Origin: an uncultured Acidimicrobiales bacterium
Lineage (GTDB): Bacteria > Actinomycetota > Acidimicrobiia > Acidimicrobiales > VFJN01
Reading direction: 5' to 3'
DNA length: 64,000 nucleotides
NCBI GenBank assembly: GCA_963842395.1
Contig: CAWJGJ010000002.1
Coordinates: 114,978-178,977, forward strand
In this document: positions 16,515 to 25,213 of the stretch, one piece after another
Numbering within the stretch: position 1 is the first letter of the stretch
Layout of the letters: each line of letters opens with the position of its first letter
Made by a program: the position numbers and the translations under genes
Notes under the pieces: generated by a model
What the model was told of the DNA's origin: nothing
What the model saw: only the letters and a program-made list of their open reading frames with translations
Databases searched by the model: none

Positions 16515-17042
16515 TCAGCCTCGGGCGGCCCGGGCCGCGGCCACCTGGTCGAGCAACCCGCCGCAGGCCCTGTCCAGGATCTCGTACACCGCCGCGAAGC
16601 CGGCCCGTCCGCCGTAGTACGGGTCGGGGACGTCGTCGACCGTGTCGGCGTCGGGCCCGAAGGCCGTCATCCTGTGGACCTTCGCCCGGTCGGCACCACC
16701 GGGCGCGGCCCGCAACAGCGACCGCTCGACGGCACCGTCAGCCACCAGCAGCAGGTCGAACCGGTCCCAGTCGTCCGGGCGGACCTTGCGCGCCCGCTGG
16801 TCCCGCAGGTCGAGGCCACGCCGGTCGGCCTCGGCGATCGCCCGTCGGTCGGGCCGGTCGCCGGCGTGCTCGGCGCTGGTCCCCGCGCTGTCGATCTCGA
16901 CCTCGCCCGCCAGCCCGGCCTCCTCGGCCAGACGCCGGAGCACGGCCTCGGCCGTCGGCGACCGGCAGATGTTCCCCCAGCACACGAACAGCACCCGCAG
17001 GGGACGGTCGGGCGGGAACGGGGGCAACGACGCGACCGGCAT
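16515..17042 (-). CDS. Low-molecular-weight protein-tyrosine phosphatase
   Basis: P-loop VLFVCWGNICRSPTAEAV and DPYYG motif. ATG 17042-17040. The upstream part of ORF 16515..17312 is not phosphatase-like. Confidence 0.9.
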   Translation of the reverse strand: MPVASLPPFPPDRPLRVLFVCWGNICRSPTAEAVLRRLAEEAGLAGEVEIDSAGTSAEHAGDRPDRRAIAEADRRGLDLRDQRARKVRPDDWDRFDLLLVADGAVERSLLRAAPGGADRAKVHRMTAFGPDADTVDDVPDPYYGGRAGFAAVYEILDRACGGLLDQVAAARAARG

Positions 17043-17442
17043 GGTCGGCGCAGTGTAGGAGGCGGAATCGGGTCCCAATCCGATCCCAATCGCCGTCGGC
17101 GACGCTCCGCCCGTCATCCGACGAACGAAACCCGAAGGAGCGAACCCGATGGCGACCCTGCTCGACCTCACCACCGAACCGACGACGGAGCCCCGGACGG
17201 AGGCGGCGAAGGCCGGCGGCCGCACCTGGCAGGGCCGGCTGCTGCCGAGGTCGAGCTGCTCGCCCGCCCGCTCGGCAGCGACGGGGCCGAGCACCTCGAA
17301 CGTCACGAGCACCCGACAGTGATAGCAAGCCGCCCGTGTCCGGGCAGCCTTCAGCCGGGACGATCGAGCAGCCGGCCCGGCGACACGACCTCCGACACGA
17401 CCTCCGTCCCGAGGCCGCGGCCCCCGGCTCGCACGCCGGCTC

Positions 17443-18405
17443 CTAGGGGACGAGCACGACGCGACCGAAGGCCTTGCGGTCCTCCAGGTGCGCGTGGGCG
17501 GCGGCGGCCTCGGACAGGGGGAACGTCCGGTCCACCACGACCTGGAGCTGGCCGGCTGCGACCAGATCGATGAGCCGGGAGATGTTGGCGTAGGCCCGGC
17601 CGGTCGTGATCAGCTCGGCGCCGAGGAACACGCCGGTGATCGACTGGTTGCCGGCCTTGAGCCCGGAGATGTCCACGGGCTGGCGGTCGCGGCCCGCATC
17701 GCCGACATAGGAGATGCGGCCCCGGTAGGCCAGCGATCGCATGCTGCCCTCGATGGTGGTCCCGACCGAGTCGACCACCAGGTCGACACCGCGGCCGTCG
17801 GTGAGGCCGCGGGCCACGCTGGCGAAGTCGTCGGTCCGGTAGTTGATGCCGTGGTCGAGCCCGAGCGGCTCCAGGCGGGCCAGCTTGTCGTCGCTCGACG
17901 CCGTGGCCAGCACGGTCGCTCCGGCCCGCTTGGCCAGTTGGATGGCGGCGATGCCGACGCCGCCCGCGCCGGCCTGGACGAGCACGGTCTCCCCCGCCTG
18001 GAGGCGGCCGAACTCGAACAGGCAGTCGTCGGCGGTGCCGAAGGCGATCGGGATGCAGGCGGCGAGGGCGAGGTCCAGGCCATCGGGGATCGGCCAGGTG
18101 AAGCTGGCCGGCACGGCGACCAGCTCCGCGTGCGAGCCGTGCATCATCGTGCACACCACCCGCTGGCCCTCGACACGGTCGGTCACCCCGTCGCCGACCG
18201 CGACGATCGTGCCCGCGCACTGGTAACCCACGATGTGGGGGGTGGCGGGCATGTCCCCGCCGAGGCGGTTGAGCGTGTCCCCGCCCTCGATGCTGATCGC
18301 GGCCACCTGGACCAGCACACCACCGGCGGCGAGGGTGGGGTCGGGGACGTCCTCGTAGCGCAGGACGTCGGGTGCTCCGGTCTCGTAGTACACGGCGGCC
18401 TTCAT
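17443..18405 (-). CDS. Zinc-binding alcohol dehydrogenase / quinone oxidoreductase (MDR)
   Basis: MKAAVYYETGAPDVLRYEDVPDP ... VLVQAGAGGVGIAAIQLAK ... GRVVLVP. GAGGAG RBS before ATG 18405. Confidence 0.9.
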   Translation of the reverse strand: MKAAVYYETGAPDVLRYEDVPDPTLAAGGVLVQVAAISIEGGDTLNRLGGDMPATPHIVGYQCAGTIVAVGDGVTDRVEGQRVVCTMMHGSHAELVAVPASFTWPIPDGLDLALAACIPIAFGTADDCLFEFGRLQAGETVLVQAGAGGVGIAAIQLAKRAGATVLATASSDDKLARLEPLGLDHGINYRTDDFASVARGLTDGRGVDLVVDSVGTTIEGSMRSLAYRGRISYVGDAGRDRQPVDISGLKAGNQSITGVFLGAELITTGRAYANISRLIDLVAAGQLQVVVDRTFPLSEAAAAHAHLEDRKAFGRVVLVP

Positions 18406-18531
18406 CGGCGCTCCTCGGATCGGCGACCGGCACGAGACTACGGGTGCGACGGACGGACGGCGTCGCAAGCTGGTCACGCGGGTCTCACTGCGGCGCAGCG
18501 CGATGCGGGACAGAGCGCGACGCTGGTGACG

Positions 18532-18894
18532 ATGCTCGTGATCGACGCCGCCAACGTGATCGGGTCTCGGCCAACCGGCTGGTGGCGTGATCGGGCCGGC
18601 GCCACACGACGTTTCACGGAACAGGTGCGGGCAACGGTCGCCTCAGGACGGCTGGACCCGCCCGTCACGCTGGTGCTCGAGGGACGAGCCCGGGCGGGCG
18701 CCGACGAGAGCAAGGTGGACGGCGTCGAGGTTGTGCATGCGCCAGGCGAGGGCGACGACACGATCGCCGCCCTCGCCGAGGCGCACCGTGGGGCGGTCGT
18801 GGTCACCGCCGACCGGGGACTCGCCGATCGGGTACGAGCGACTGAGGCGGAGGTGGTGGGGCCGAGCTGGCTGCTGGATCAGCTCGTGGACTGA
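18532..18894 (+). CDS. NYN/YacP-like (PIN-related) domain protein
   Basis: MLVIDAANVIGSRPTGWWRDRAGA ... VVHAPGEGDDTIA ... VVTADRGLADRV. ATG 18532 (alternative GTG 18526). Confidence 0.75.
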   Translation: MLVIDAANVIGSRPTGWWRDRAGATRRFTEQVRATVASGRLDPPVTLVLEGRARAGADESKVDGVEVVHAPGEGDDTIAALAEAHRGAVVVTADRGLADRVRATEAEVVGPSWLLDQLVD

Positions 18895-19009
18895 ACCTGC
18901 CCGCTGCCCGGACCGCCCCCGCTCCCCTGCCCCGACACGCTCCCGCCGCCGGCGAGCACGGCGCGGGCGGGCCGGTGCGATCCGGCCGTGGTCACGCCCA
19001 CCAGCTGGG

Positions 19010-19441
19010 TCAGGCCCAACAGCTGTAGGCGTGCACCATGCGCCACGTGACGCCTCCCACGATGCCGTCGACAGCGATGTCGGTGCGTCCCGTGGCGGCC
19101 CGGCACCAGCTTTGGATGTCGACCACCCGCTGGCGGGTCCGGGAGCCGAAGACCCCGTCGTAGCCGCAGCATCCCCGGGACTGGCCCTCCAGCCAGATGC
19201 CGAGCCGGCACTGCAGCTCGAGCACGTCATATCCCTGGGACCCGGTCCGCACCGTCGGGTGGCCGGGATGACTGCCGTTGGTGTGGCTGCACGAGATCAG
19301 GGTGGCCTCCAGCGCGGCCGCCGGTGTCGGCGCCGACCTCCCAGGACCGGCCGCGGATGCTCCCGCCGGCCCCGACTCCCACGCAGCCAACAGGCTGCAG
19401 GCCACAACCACCATGGCGAGGACACGCTTCGTCATGACCAT
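19010..19441 (-). CDS. Small secreted Cys-rich protein with peptidoglycan-binding-like repeat
   Basis: Signal peptide MTKRVLAMVVVACSLLAAW. PG_binding-like motifs GYDVLELQCRL ... DGVFGSRTRQRVVDIQSW ... DGIVGGVTWRMV. Confidence 0.65.
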   Translation of the reverse strand: MVMTKRVLAMVVVACSLLAAWESGPAGASAAGPGRSAPTPAAALEATLISCSHTNGSHPGHPTVRTGSQGYDVLELQCRLGIWLEGQSRGCCGYDGVFGSRTRQRVVDIQSWCRAATGRTDIAVDGIVGGVTWRMVHAYSCWA

Positions 19442-19635
19442 ATCCCCCTGCTGTTCGGCGCCGAGTCCACCTAGTGTAGTGGGCGCACGACGTACCGTGC
19501 TAGAGCCACTTTCGGTGCTCAGACGACGACTCCAGCGCTATTCCGCTCACCGGAAGAGCGGAGCTGGGAAGCCGCGGCCTCCGCACGCTGAGGGGCCAGT
19601 AGGCTCCGCGCCGGCGTCGGTGCAAGGGGATCGCC

Positions 19636-20907
19636 ATGGGGATGACTCGCCGGGAGGCCACGCGCCGGCTGGGCGCGCTGGCGGTGCTCGCGCTCGTCGC
19701 GGCCGGGTGCGGCTGGACCCAGTTCCGGTCCGACCCCGCCCACACAGGCAGCATGTTCGAGACGACGCTGTCACCGGACAACGTCACCGACCTCGTGCCG
19801 CTGTGGTCGGTGACGGTCGGCGACGGCCAGTTCGAGGAGCAGGTGGGCAACCCGATCACGGTCGCCGGCGCCGTGGTGGCCCGCAGCGAGCGCGATGTCC
19901 GCGCCTTCGACGCGGTCACGGGCGCGCCCCGGTGGTCGGTCACCGTCCCGGGCCTGGGCCAGGGGTTCAACCCGACGATCACCGACCCGTCGTCGAGCAA
20001 CGGCGAGGTCCGCATCGGCTACGCCAGCCCGTTCACCTCGGGCGGGGTGACCGGCCGGGTGATGCGCCTCGACGCCGGCACCGGCGCCGACCTCGGAAGC
20101 CTGCCCAACGCATCCAACGCGGCCGTCGTCACACCCGTCTCCGAGACCGGCGAGGACACCTGGTACGGCTTCGTCGTCGTCTTCCCCATGGCCGGGGGCC
20201 GGCTGGTCGGCGTGACGGGCGTGCTGGCCAACGGCCGCACGGTCCTGAACGTCCAGAGCCAGGCCACGTCCAGCCCGATCCCGTCCGCCCCGGCCGTGGC
20301 AGGCGGCGTGATGTACGTCGGCGACCCGGACGGCGATCTCGAGGCCTACGACGCCACCGGTGTCCAGGGCTGCACCACCCAGGGCAGCTTCTGGACGTGT
20401 ACGCCGCTGTGGTCGGCCCATGTCGGGTCGGTGGCCGGCACCCCGGCCGTGGCCGGCGACACCGTCTACGCCGTGACCGGCGAGGGACTGTTCGCCCTGC
20501 CGGTCGCAGGGGCGCCCGGGCCGGGCCGCCCGCCGCTGTGGCGGGGCGCGGTCGCCGGCGGCACGGCGCCCGCGATCGAGGGCACCCGGGTGTTCGTCGG
20601 GGGTAGCGGCGGGCTCGCCGCCTTCCCGGCCGCCGGCTGCGGCAGCCCCGACCCGTGCGCGCCCGCCTGGACGGGCGACACCGGCGGCGCCGCCGGCGCG
20701 CCGACCGTGGCCAACGGCGTCGTGTACGTCACCGGCGGTGGGGAGCTCCACGCCTTCGCCGCCGCCGGTTGCGGGTCCGCCACCTGCGACCCGCTGTGGA
20801 GCGCGCCTGTGGCAGGCGGTCCGTCGTCGGACCCGGTGGTGAGCCGCGGCCGGGTCTACGTCGGTACGGCCACCGGCCAGCTCATCGCCTTCGGGCTGCC
20901 GGCCTGA
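19636..20907 (+). CDS. PQQ-like/BamB-like beta-propeller lipoprotein
   Basis: Lipobox LALVAAGCGW. Opens with FRSDPAHTGS. Repeated ...VY(V/A)G/VT... blades (GVMYVGDPDGDLEAYDA, DTVYAVTGEGLFAL, GVVYVTGGGELHAF, GRVYVGTATGQLIAF). Confidence 0.8.
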   Translation: MGMTRREATRRLGALAVLALVAAGCGWTQFRSDPAHTGSMFETTLSPDNVTDLVPLWSVTVGDGQFEEQVGNPITVAGAVVARSERDVRAFDAVTGAPRWSVTVPGLGQGFNPTITDPSSSNGEVRIGYASPFTSGGVTGRVMRLDAGTGADLGSLPNASNAAVVTPVSETGEDTWYGFVVVFPMAGGRLVGVTGVLANGRTVLNVQSQATSSPIPSAPAVAGGVMYVGDPDGDLEAYDATGVQGCTTQGSFWTCTPLWSAHVGSVAGTPAVAGDTVYAVTGEGLFALPVAGAPGPGRPPLWRGAVAGGTAPAIEGTRVFVGGSGGLAAFPAAGCGSPDPCAPAWTGDTGGAAGAPTVANGVVYVTGGGELHAFAAAGCGSATCDPLWSAPVAGGPSSDPVVSRGRVYVGTATGQLIAFGLPA

Positions 20908-21026
20908 CCCTCGGGTCCGGCGCCTGGAAGCCCAGGGTGTCACCGAGGTGGACGCTCTCCCGGCCGTCGTTCACCGTCTCCTCGATCCCGTCCTCGGCCC
21001 TCCGACCCTCAGGCGGTAATCCGGGG

Positions 21027-21057
21027 TTGACCTCGAGCGCGCTCGAACCCGTAGCGT
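21027..21057 (+). promoter_or_regulatory. Putative promoter (TTGACC-N19-TAGCGT) with a perfect 14-bp palindrome in the spacer
   Basis: TTGACC 21027-21032. Palindrome TCGAGCGCGCTCGA 21033-21046. TAGCGT 21052-21057. GAGGAGG RBS before GTG 21103. Confidence 0.4.
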
Positions 21058-21102
21058 GCCCCGGGGCAGGTGGATGGCGTGTGATCGAGGAGGCGTAGGT
21101 CT

Positions 21103-22077
21103 GTGACAAGGCTCGGCTATCAGATCCCCAACTTCAACTACCCGGGCGTCGGTCCGGACGGACTGTTCGAGGCGGTGGCGCGCCAAGCCGAGGCTGCAGA
21201 ACGGAGCGGGTTCGACACCGTCCTGGTGATGGACCACTTCTACCAGTTGCCCATGCTCGGCCCGCCCGAGAACTACATGGTCGAGAGCTACACGATCCTC
21301 GCCGCTCTGTCCCAGCGCACCTCCACGGTGCGCCTCGGCACGCTCGTGACCGGCAACACCTACCGCAATCCGGCGCTGCTGGCGAAGACCGTCACGGCAC
21401 TCGACATCGTGTCCTCCGGCCGGGCGCAGCTCGGCATCGGGGCCGGCTGGTTCGACGTCGAGCACGACGCCCTCGGCTTCGAGTTCGGCACCTTCACCGA
21501 CCGCTTCGAGAAGCTCGAGGAGGCCCTGCAGATCATCCTGCCGATGCTGCGCGACGAGCGTCCGACGCTCGATGGGAAGCACTACACGGTCAAGGACGCC
21601 GTCAACCAGCCGCAGCCCGTCGGCCGCATCCCCGTGATGATCGGCGGATCGGGCGAGCGCAAGACGCTGCGGCTCGTGGCTCAGTACGCCGACGAGTCCA
21701 ACCTCACCTGCCCGCCGGCCGAGATCCCCCGCAAGCTGGACGCCCTGGCCGCTCACTGCGAACGGCTGGGCCGCGACCGCCGCGAGATCACCGTGAGCGC
21801 CCAGCGGACCACCTGCATCGCGCCGACCCACGAGCAGGCCGAGGCGGCGGTGACCCGCTACGTCGGCGAGCGGGGCATGGACTTCGGCGATCCGGCCGTG
21901 CGCGAGCTCATCGAGTCGATGGTGGTCTTCGGCGATCCCGACGAGGTCGGCGAGCAGCTGTCCGCCGTCCTCGCGCTCGGCGTCGACGGGTTCACCTGCA
22001 ACCTGCCGGCCAACGGCCACGATCCCGCGAACGTCGAGCTCCTGGGCGAGACGCTCACCAAGGTGATCCAGGCGTAG
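21103..22077 (+). CDS. LLM-class (luciferase-like) F420-dependent oxidoreductase
   Basis: RLGYQIPNFNYPG ... FDTVLVMDHFYQLP ... LGIGAGW ... IPVMIGGSGERKTLRL. Typical of the F420-dependent LLM subgroup. Confidence 0.9.
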   Translation: MTRLGYQIPNFNYPGVGPDGLFEAVARQAEAAERSGFDTVLVMDHFYQLPMLGPPENYMVESYTILAALSQRTSTVRLGTLVTGNTYRNPALLAKTVTALDIVSSGRAQLGIGAGWFDVEHDALGFEFGTFTDRFEKLEEALQIILPMLRDERPTLDGKHYTVKDAVNQPQPVGRIPVMIGGSGERKTLRLVAQYADESNLTCPPAEIPRKLDALAAHCERLGRDRREITVSAQRTTCIAPTHEQAEAAVTRYVGERGMDFGDPAVRELIESMVVFGDPDEVGEQLSAVLALGVDGFTCNLPANGHDPANVELLGETLTKVIQA

Positions 22078-22164
22078 GGCGCGTGGCCCGACCGCCACGG
22101 GCCAGCGACCGCTCGCCCACGTCGTGACCGTCGCCTGAGCCGTCGGCCCGCCTACTCCCGCGCT

Positions 22165-23034
22165 CTACGGCCAACCGACCCCGGATGCAGGAGCGTCGAC
22201 GACGAGCACCTGTCCGGTTCTCGCCGCGACCGTGTCGTCGATGTTCTCGGGCCCGCGCCAGTCCGCGACGAGCATGAACAGCGTCCGCCGGTCCGGACCT
22301 CCGAGCATGGTCGCGAAGCACGACCGGTCGAGCTCGACCGTCTCGAGCACCTCGCCCCCCTCGCGGATGCGCGCGCAGTCGTTGATCATTACGCCGGAGG
22401 ACGCCCAGATGCACCCGTCGGCGTCGAGGCAGATTCCGTCCGGGCCAACCGGTTCGGCCCATGCCCGGCGGTTCGAGAGGCTGCCGTCGGACGCGATGTC
22501 GAAGGCGGTGAGCCGCTGGGCGAACGACTCCGCAACGATCAGGGTCGAGTTGTCCGCCGTGACGACCATCCCGTTGGGGAAGGCGATGCCGCCCGCGACC
22601 TCGCGAGCCTCGCCGTCCGGCGTCACCAGTGCGATCTTCCCGACTGCCGCGCCGGACGCGAGGACGTCGTCGAAGTCGGCGAAATCGAAGTTGATCGTGT
22701 TGACGTAGACGTTGCCGCGGCCGTCCACCGTGATCTCGTTCCAGCCGTGGGGCGAGATGTGATCGAGATCGGCATGCCGTGCCCGCGAGCCGTCAGGCTC
22801 CACGCGGCTCAGCTCGTCGCCGGTGATGAGCATCGTCCCGTCCGGTAGCCACCCGATGCTCCAGCCCAGGCCGTCTCGCCCGCGCCCCATCACCTCGCGG
22901 GAGCCGTCGAGGCCGACGGCGACGATCTCGGCTGCGCCCCAGTTGCACAGCCAGAGACGGCCATCATGCCACCGTGGAGACTCTCCGATGGCGAGGCCAT
23001 CGACGAGAACGCGGGGCGTCGCGAGGTGTCGCAT
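22165..23034 (-). CDS. SMP-30/gluconolactonase/LRE-like six-bladed propeller protein
   Basis: GESPRWHDGRLW, FPNGMVVTADNSTLIVAES, GPDGICLDADGCIWAS. Confidence 0.85.
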   Translation of the reverse strand: MRHLATPRVLVDGLAIGESPRWHDGRLWLCNWGAAEIVAVGLDGSREVMGRGRDGLGWSIGWLPDGTMLITGDELSRVEPDGSRARHADLDHISPHGWNEITVDGRGNVYVNTINFDFADFDDVLASGAAVGKIALVTPDGEAREVAGGIAFPNGMVVTADNSTLIVAESFAQRLTAFDIASDGSLSNRRAWAEPVGPDGICLDADGCIWASSGVMINDCARIREGGEVLETVELDRSCFATMLGGPDRRTLFMLVADWRGPENIDDTVAARTGQVLVVDAPASGVGWP

Positions 23035-23095
23035 CGAGCACTTCCTCCGTGTCGGATTCCGCCGGTAGTGGTGTGACGAGGCCGCTCGCGGGGAC

Positions 23096-23743
23096 TCATC
23101 GCCCGTCGCTCGCCGGCGGGTTCACGGACCTGACCCCGGCGTAGGTCGCGAACTCGGCTGTGGACGTCGTTTCAAGAACGAGGATCGTGAGGCCGCCGGG
23201 CGTCGTGCTGTTGTGGGTGACGCGCATGCCGACGGCCGGGCCCTCCTCGGGGAAGAGTCGTCGTCCTTGTCCGACCACGGCGGGGGTGACGACCAGGCGG
23301 AGCTCGTCGATCAAGCCCGCGGCCAGCAGGGTCTGCGCCAGCCGGGCGGAGCCGTGCAGCTGGAGCTCGCGCCCCGGCCGGGCCTTGAGCTGCGCGACCT
23401 GTGCGACGACGTCGCCACGCAGGATCGTGCTCGGTGACCAGGTTGCGTCCGTCAGTGTGTGCGAGGCGACGTACTTCGGGAGTCCGTTCATCCGTTCCGT
23501 GAAGGGGTCGTCGGGATCGGTGATCTGGGGCCAGGCGCGGGCGAACGCCTCGTACGTGCGGCGGCCGAGCAGCAGGGCGTCCGCGCGGGCGAGCCAGGTG
23601 GCGGCCTGGGCGATGAACGTCGGGTCCATGTGCGGCACCATCCAGCCGCCGCGGGTGAAGCCGTCGCTGGGGTCCTCATCAGGCGAACCAGGTCCCTGGT
23701 AGACGCCGTCGAGGGTGACGAACTGCGTGAGTGTGAGCCTCAT
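23096..23743 (-). CDS. Dihydrofolate-reductase-like (RibD C-terminal domain) family protein
   Basis: MRLTLTQFVTLDGVYQGPG ... LLLGRRTYEAFARAW ... ELQLHGSARLAQTLLAAGLIDELRLVV. ATG 23743 overlaps the upstream TGA (ATGA). Confidence 0.85.
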   Translation of the reverse strand: MRLTLTQFVTLDGVYQGPGSPDEDPSDGFTRGGWMVPHMDPTFIAQAATWLARADALLLGRRTYEAFARAWPQITDPDDPFTERMNGLPKYVASHTLTDATWSPSTILRGDVVAQVAQLKARPGRELQLHGSARLAQTLLAAGLIDELRLVVTPAVVGQGRRLFPEEGPAVGMRVTHNSTTPGGLTILVLETTSTAEFATYAGVRSVNPPASDGR

Positions 23744-24225
23744 CGGGAGCCTCCGGGGAGCTCGACCAGCTCGGCGAGCTGCTGGGTGACGGTTCCCCAG
23801 CCGTCGAAGAAGCCGAGCTCCTCGTGACGGGCGCATGACGCCCGGTCGCGGTGCCGCACGAGCACCCGGTAGTCGGTGCCGTCGGGATGGTCGTGCATGA
23901 CGATCTCTGCGGTCATCGACAACGGATCGGGCGCTGCCGGCCGCCATCGACTGTCGACCGCGTTGGTGAACACGATCCGTTCACCCGCCTCGACGACGAG
24001 GAAGCAGGCGTCGAGGTGGGGCACGAACTCGATCCCGTCGTCGCTCATCGAGGTCACGAACGCGCCGCCGGGGACGGTGTCGAGCCGCTCGACGCGACAC
24101 TGCGTCGGTGCGGGCAGCCACCAAAGAGCGAGGCTCGCGGGATCGGTCCACGCGTCCCACACGACCGAGCTGGGGGCGCGGATGATCCGGTCGAGGCTGA
24201 GGTCGAGGTCGGGGTCGGGGTTCAC
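23740..24225 (-). CDS. SRPBCC / AHSA1 (activator of Hsp90 ATPase homolog)-like protein
   Basis: LSLDRIIRAPSSVVWDAWTDPASLALWW ... GWGTVTQQLAELVE. Confidence 0.85.
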   Translation of the reverse strand: MNPDPDLDLSLDRIIRAPSSVVWDAWTDPASLALWWLPAPTQCRVERLDTVPGGAFVTSMSDDGIEFVPHLDACFLVVEAGERIVFTNAVDSRWRPAAPDPLSMTAEIVMHDHPDGTDYRVLVRHRDRASCARHEELGFFDGWGTVTQQLAELVELPGGSR

Positions 24226-24557
24226 GAAGGCTCCCTTGGGTTGGTGACGAACTGCTCGAGACGGTCGGTGCGGCCTTCCCAGATCGCTCGCTGCTCGGCG
24301 AGCCAGCCGTCGACGACCGCGAGGCGCTCGCGGTCGAGCGTGCAGGTGCGCACCCGCCCGGCCTTGGCGGTGTGGATGAGCCCGCTGCGCTCGAGCATCC
24401 GGATGTGCTTCATGAACGACGGGAGCGTCATCGGCGACGACCGCGCGAGGTCACCCACACTCGCCGGGCCCCGCCCGAGCTCCCCGATCACGAGACGGCG
24501 CGTCGGGTCGGAGAGCGCAGCGAACACTGCGTTCAGCCCCGCCGGATACTGTGCCAT
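24222..24557 (-). CDS. ArsR/SmtB-family transcriptional regulator
   Basis: VFAALSDPTRRLVIGELGRGPASVGDLARSSPMTLPSFMKHIRMLERSGLI. ATG 24557. 4-nt overlap with the SRPBCC gene. Confidence 0.85.
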   Translation of the reverse strand: MAQYPAGLNAVFAALSDPTRRLVIGELGRGPASVGDLARSSPMTLPSFMKHIRMLERSGLIHTAKAGRVRTCTLDRERLAVVDGWLAEQRAIWEGRTDRLEQFVTNPREPS

Positions 24558-24563
24558 GTAGCA

Positions 24564-24602
24564 AAGTATGGCGCTCGACAATACTTATCGCAAGGGATAA
24601 GT
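24564..24602. promoter_or_regulatory. Two overlapping inverted repeats between the HxlR stop and the ArsR start
   Basis: AAGTAT(24564-24569)-N11-ATACTT(24581-24586), and the perfect ACTTATC-GCAAGG-GATAAGT (24583-24602) directly downstream of the HxlR TAA (24606-24604). AT-rich island in a GC-rich genome. Confidence 0.35.
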
Positions 24603-24603
24603 G

Positions 24604-25098
24604 TTACGAGGTCCGTGTGCTCCCGACCTCGGGGGAGACCGCCGGGGCCTCGCCCCGCTCGGCGACGCGGGCGTCGTACCGCTCGCGACTGGTGGTCACC
24701 TCGTCCATGTGCGCCTCCGCCCACGCCTTGACGCCGCGCATGACGTCTTGGAGCGAGGATCCGAGGTCGGTCAGCTCGTAGGTGACCGTGACGGGCACGG
24801 TCGGCGTGACCGTGCGGGTGACCAGGCCGTCCCGCTCGAGGGAGCGCAGCGTCTGGGTGAGCATCTTCTGGCTGACCCCGGCCAGCCGGCGGGAGAGCTC
24901 GGAATAGCGCATCGAACGCGGCTCGCCGACGCAGTCCCGGCCGGGGTACGGGCCGCCACTGCCGAGCGCGGCCAGAACCAGGGCCACCCACTTGTCGGAG
25001 ATCCGGGCGAGGAGCTGGCGGCTGGGACAGCCCGCCAGAAACGCGTCGTACTCCACCTTGGCCCGCGCCCGCTTCTGCGCCGCCGTCCTCGTCGACAT
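24604..25098 (-). CDS. HxlR-family (MarR-like winged helix) transcriptional regulator
   Basis: CPSRQLLARISDKWVALVLAAL ... RYSELSRRLAGVSQKMLTQTLRSLERDGLVTR. AAGGAG RBS before ATG 25098. Divergent from an oxidoreductase gene. Confidence 0.85.
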   Translation of the reverse strand: MSTRTAAQKRARAKVEYDAFLAGCPSRQLLARISDKWVALVLAALGSGGPYPGRDCVGEPRSMRYSELSRRLAGVSQKMLTQTLRSLERDGLVTRTVTPTVPVTVTYELTDLGSSLQDVMRGVKAWAEAHMDEVTTSRERYDARVAERGEAPAVSPEVGSTRTS

Positions 25099-25213
25099 CG
25101 ACCGCTCCTTCCTGACCTCGCGGCGAGTTACGCACTTCGAGGTGCCTACTTCCCAATAGAGAGTGACTCGTTCAATGTGGAGGCGCAAGACCCAGATGTC
25201 CACAGGAGGCGAA

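Noticed and set aside
19540-19565. Hairpin TCCGCTC-accggaa-GAGCGGA in the divergent gap between the PG-binding gene and the PQQ-lipoprotein gene.
   Set aside because: It is a short stem in a promoter region with no flanking gene end to terminate. There is not enough evidence to call it a regulatory element.
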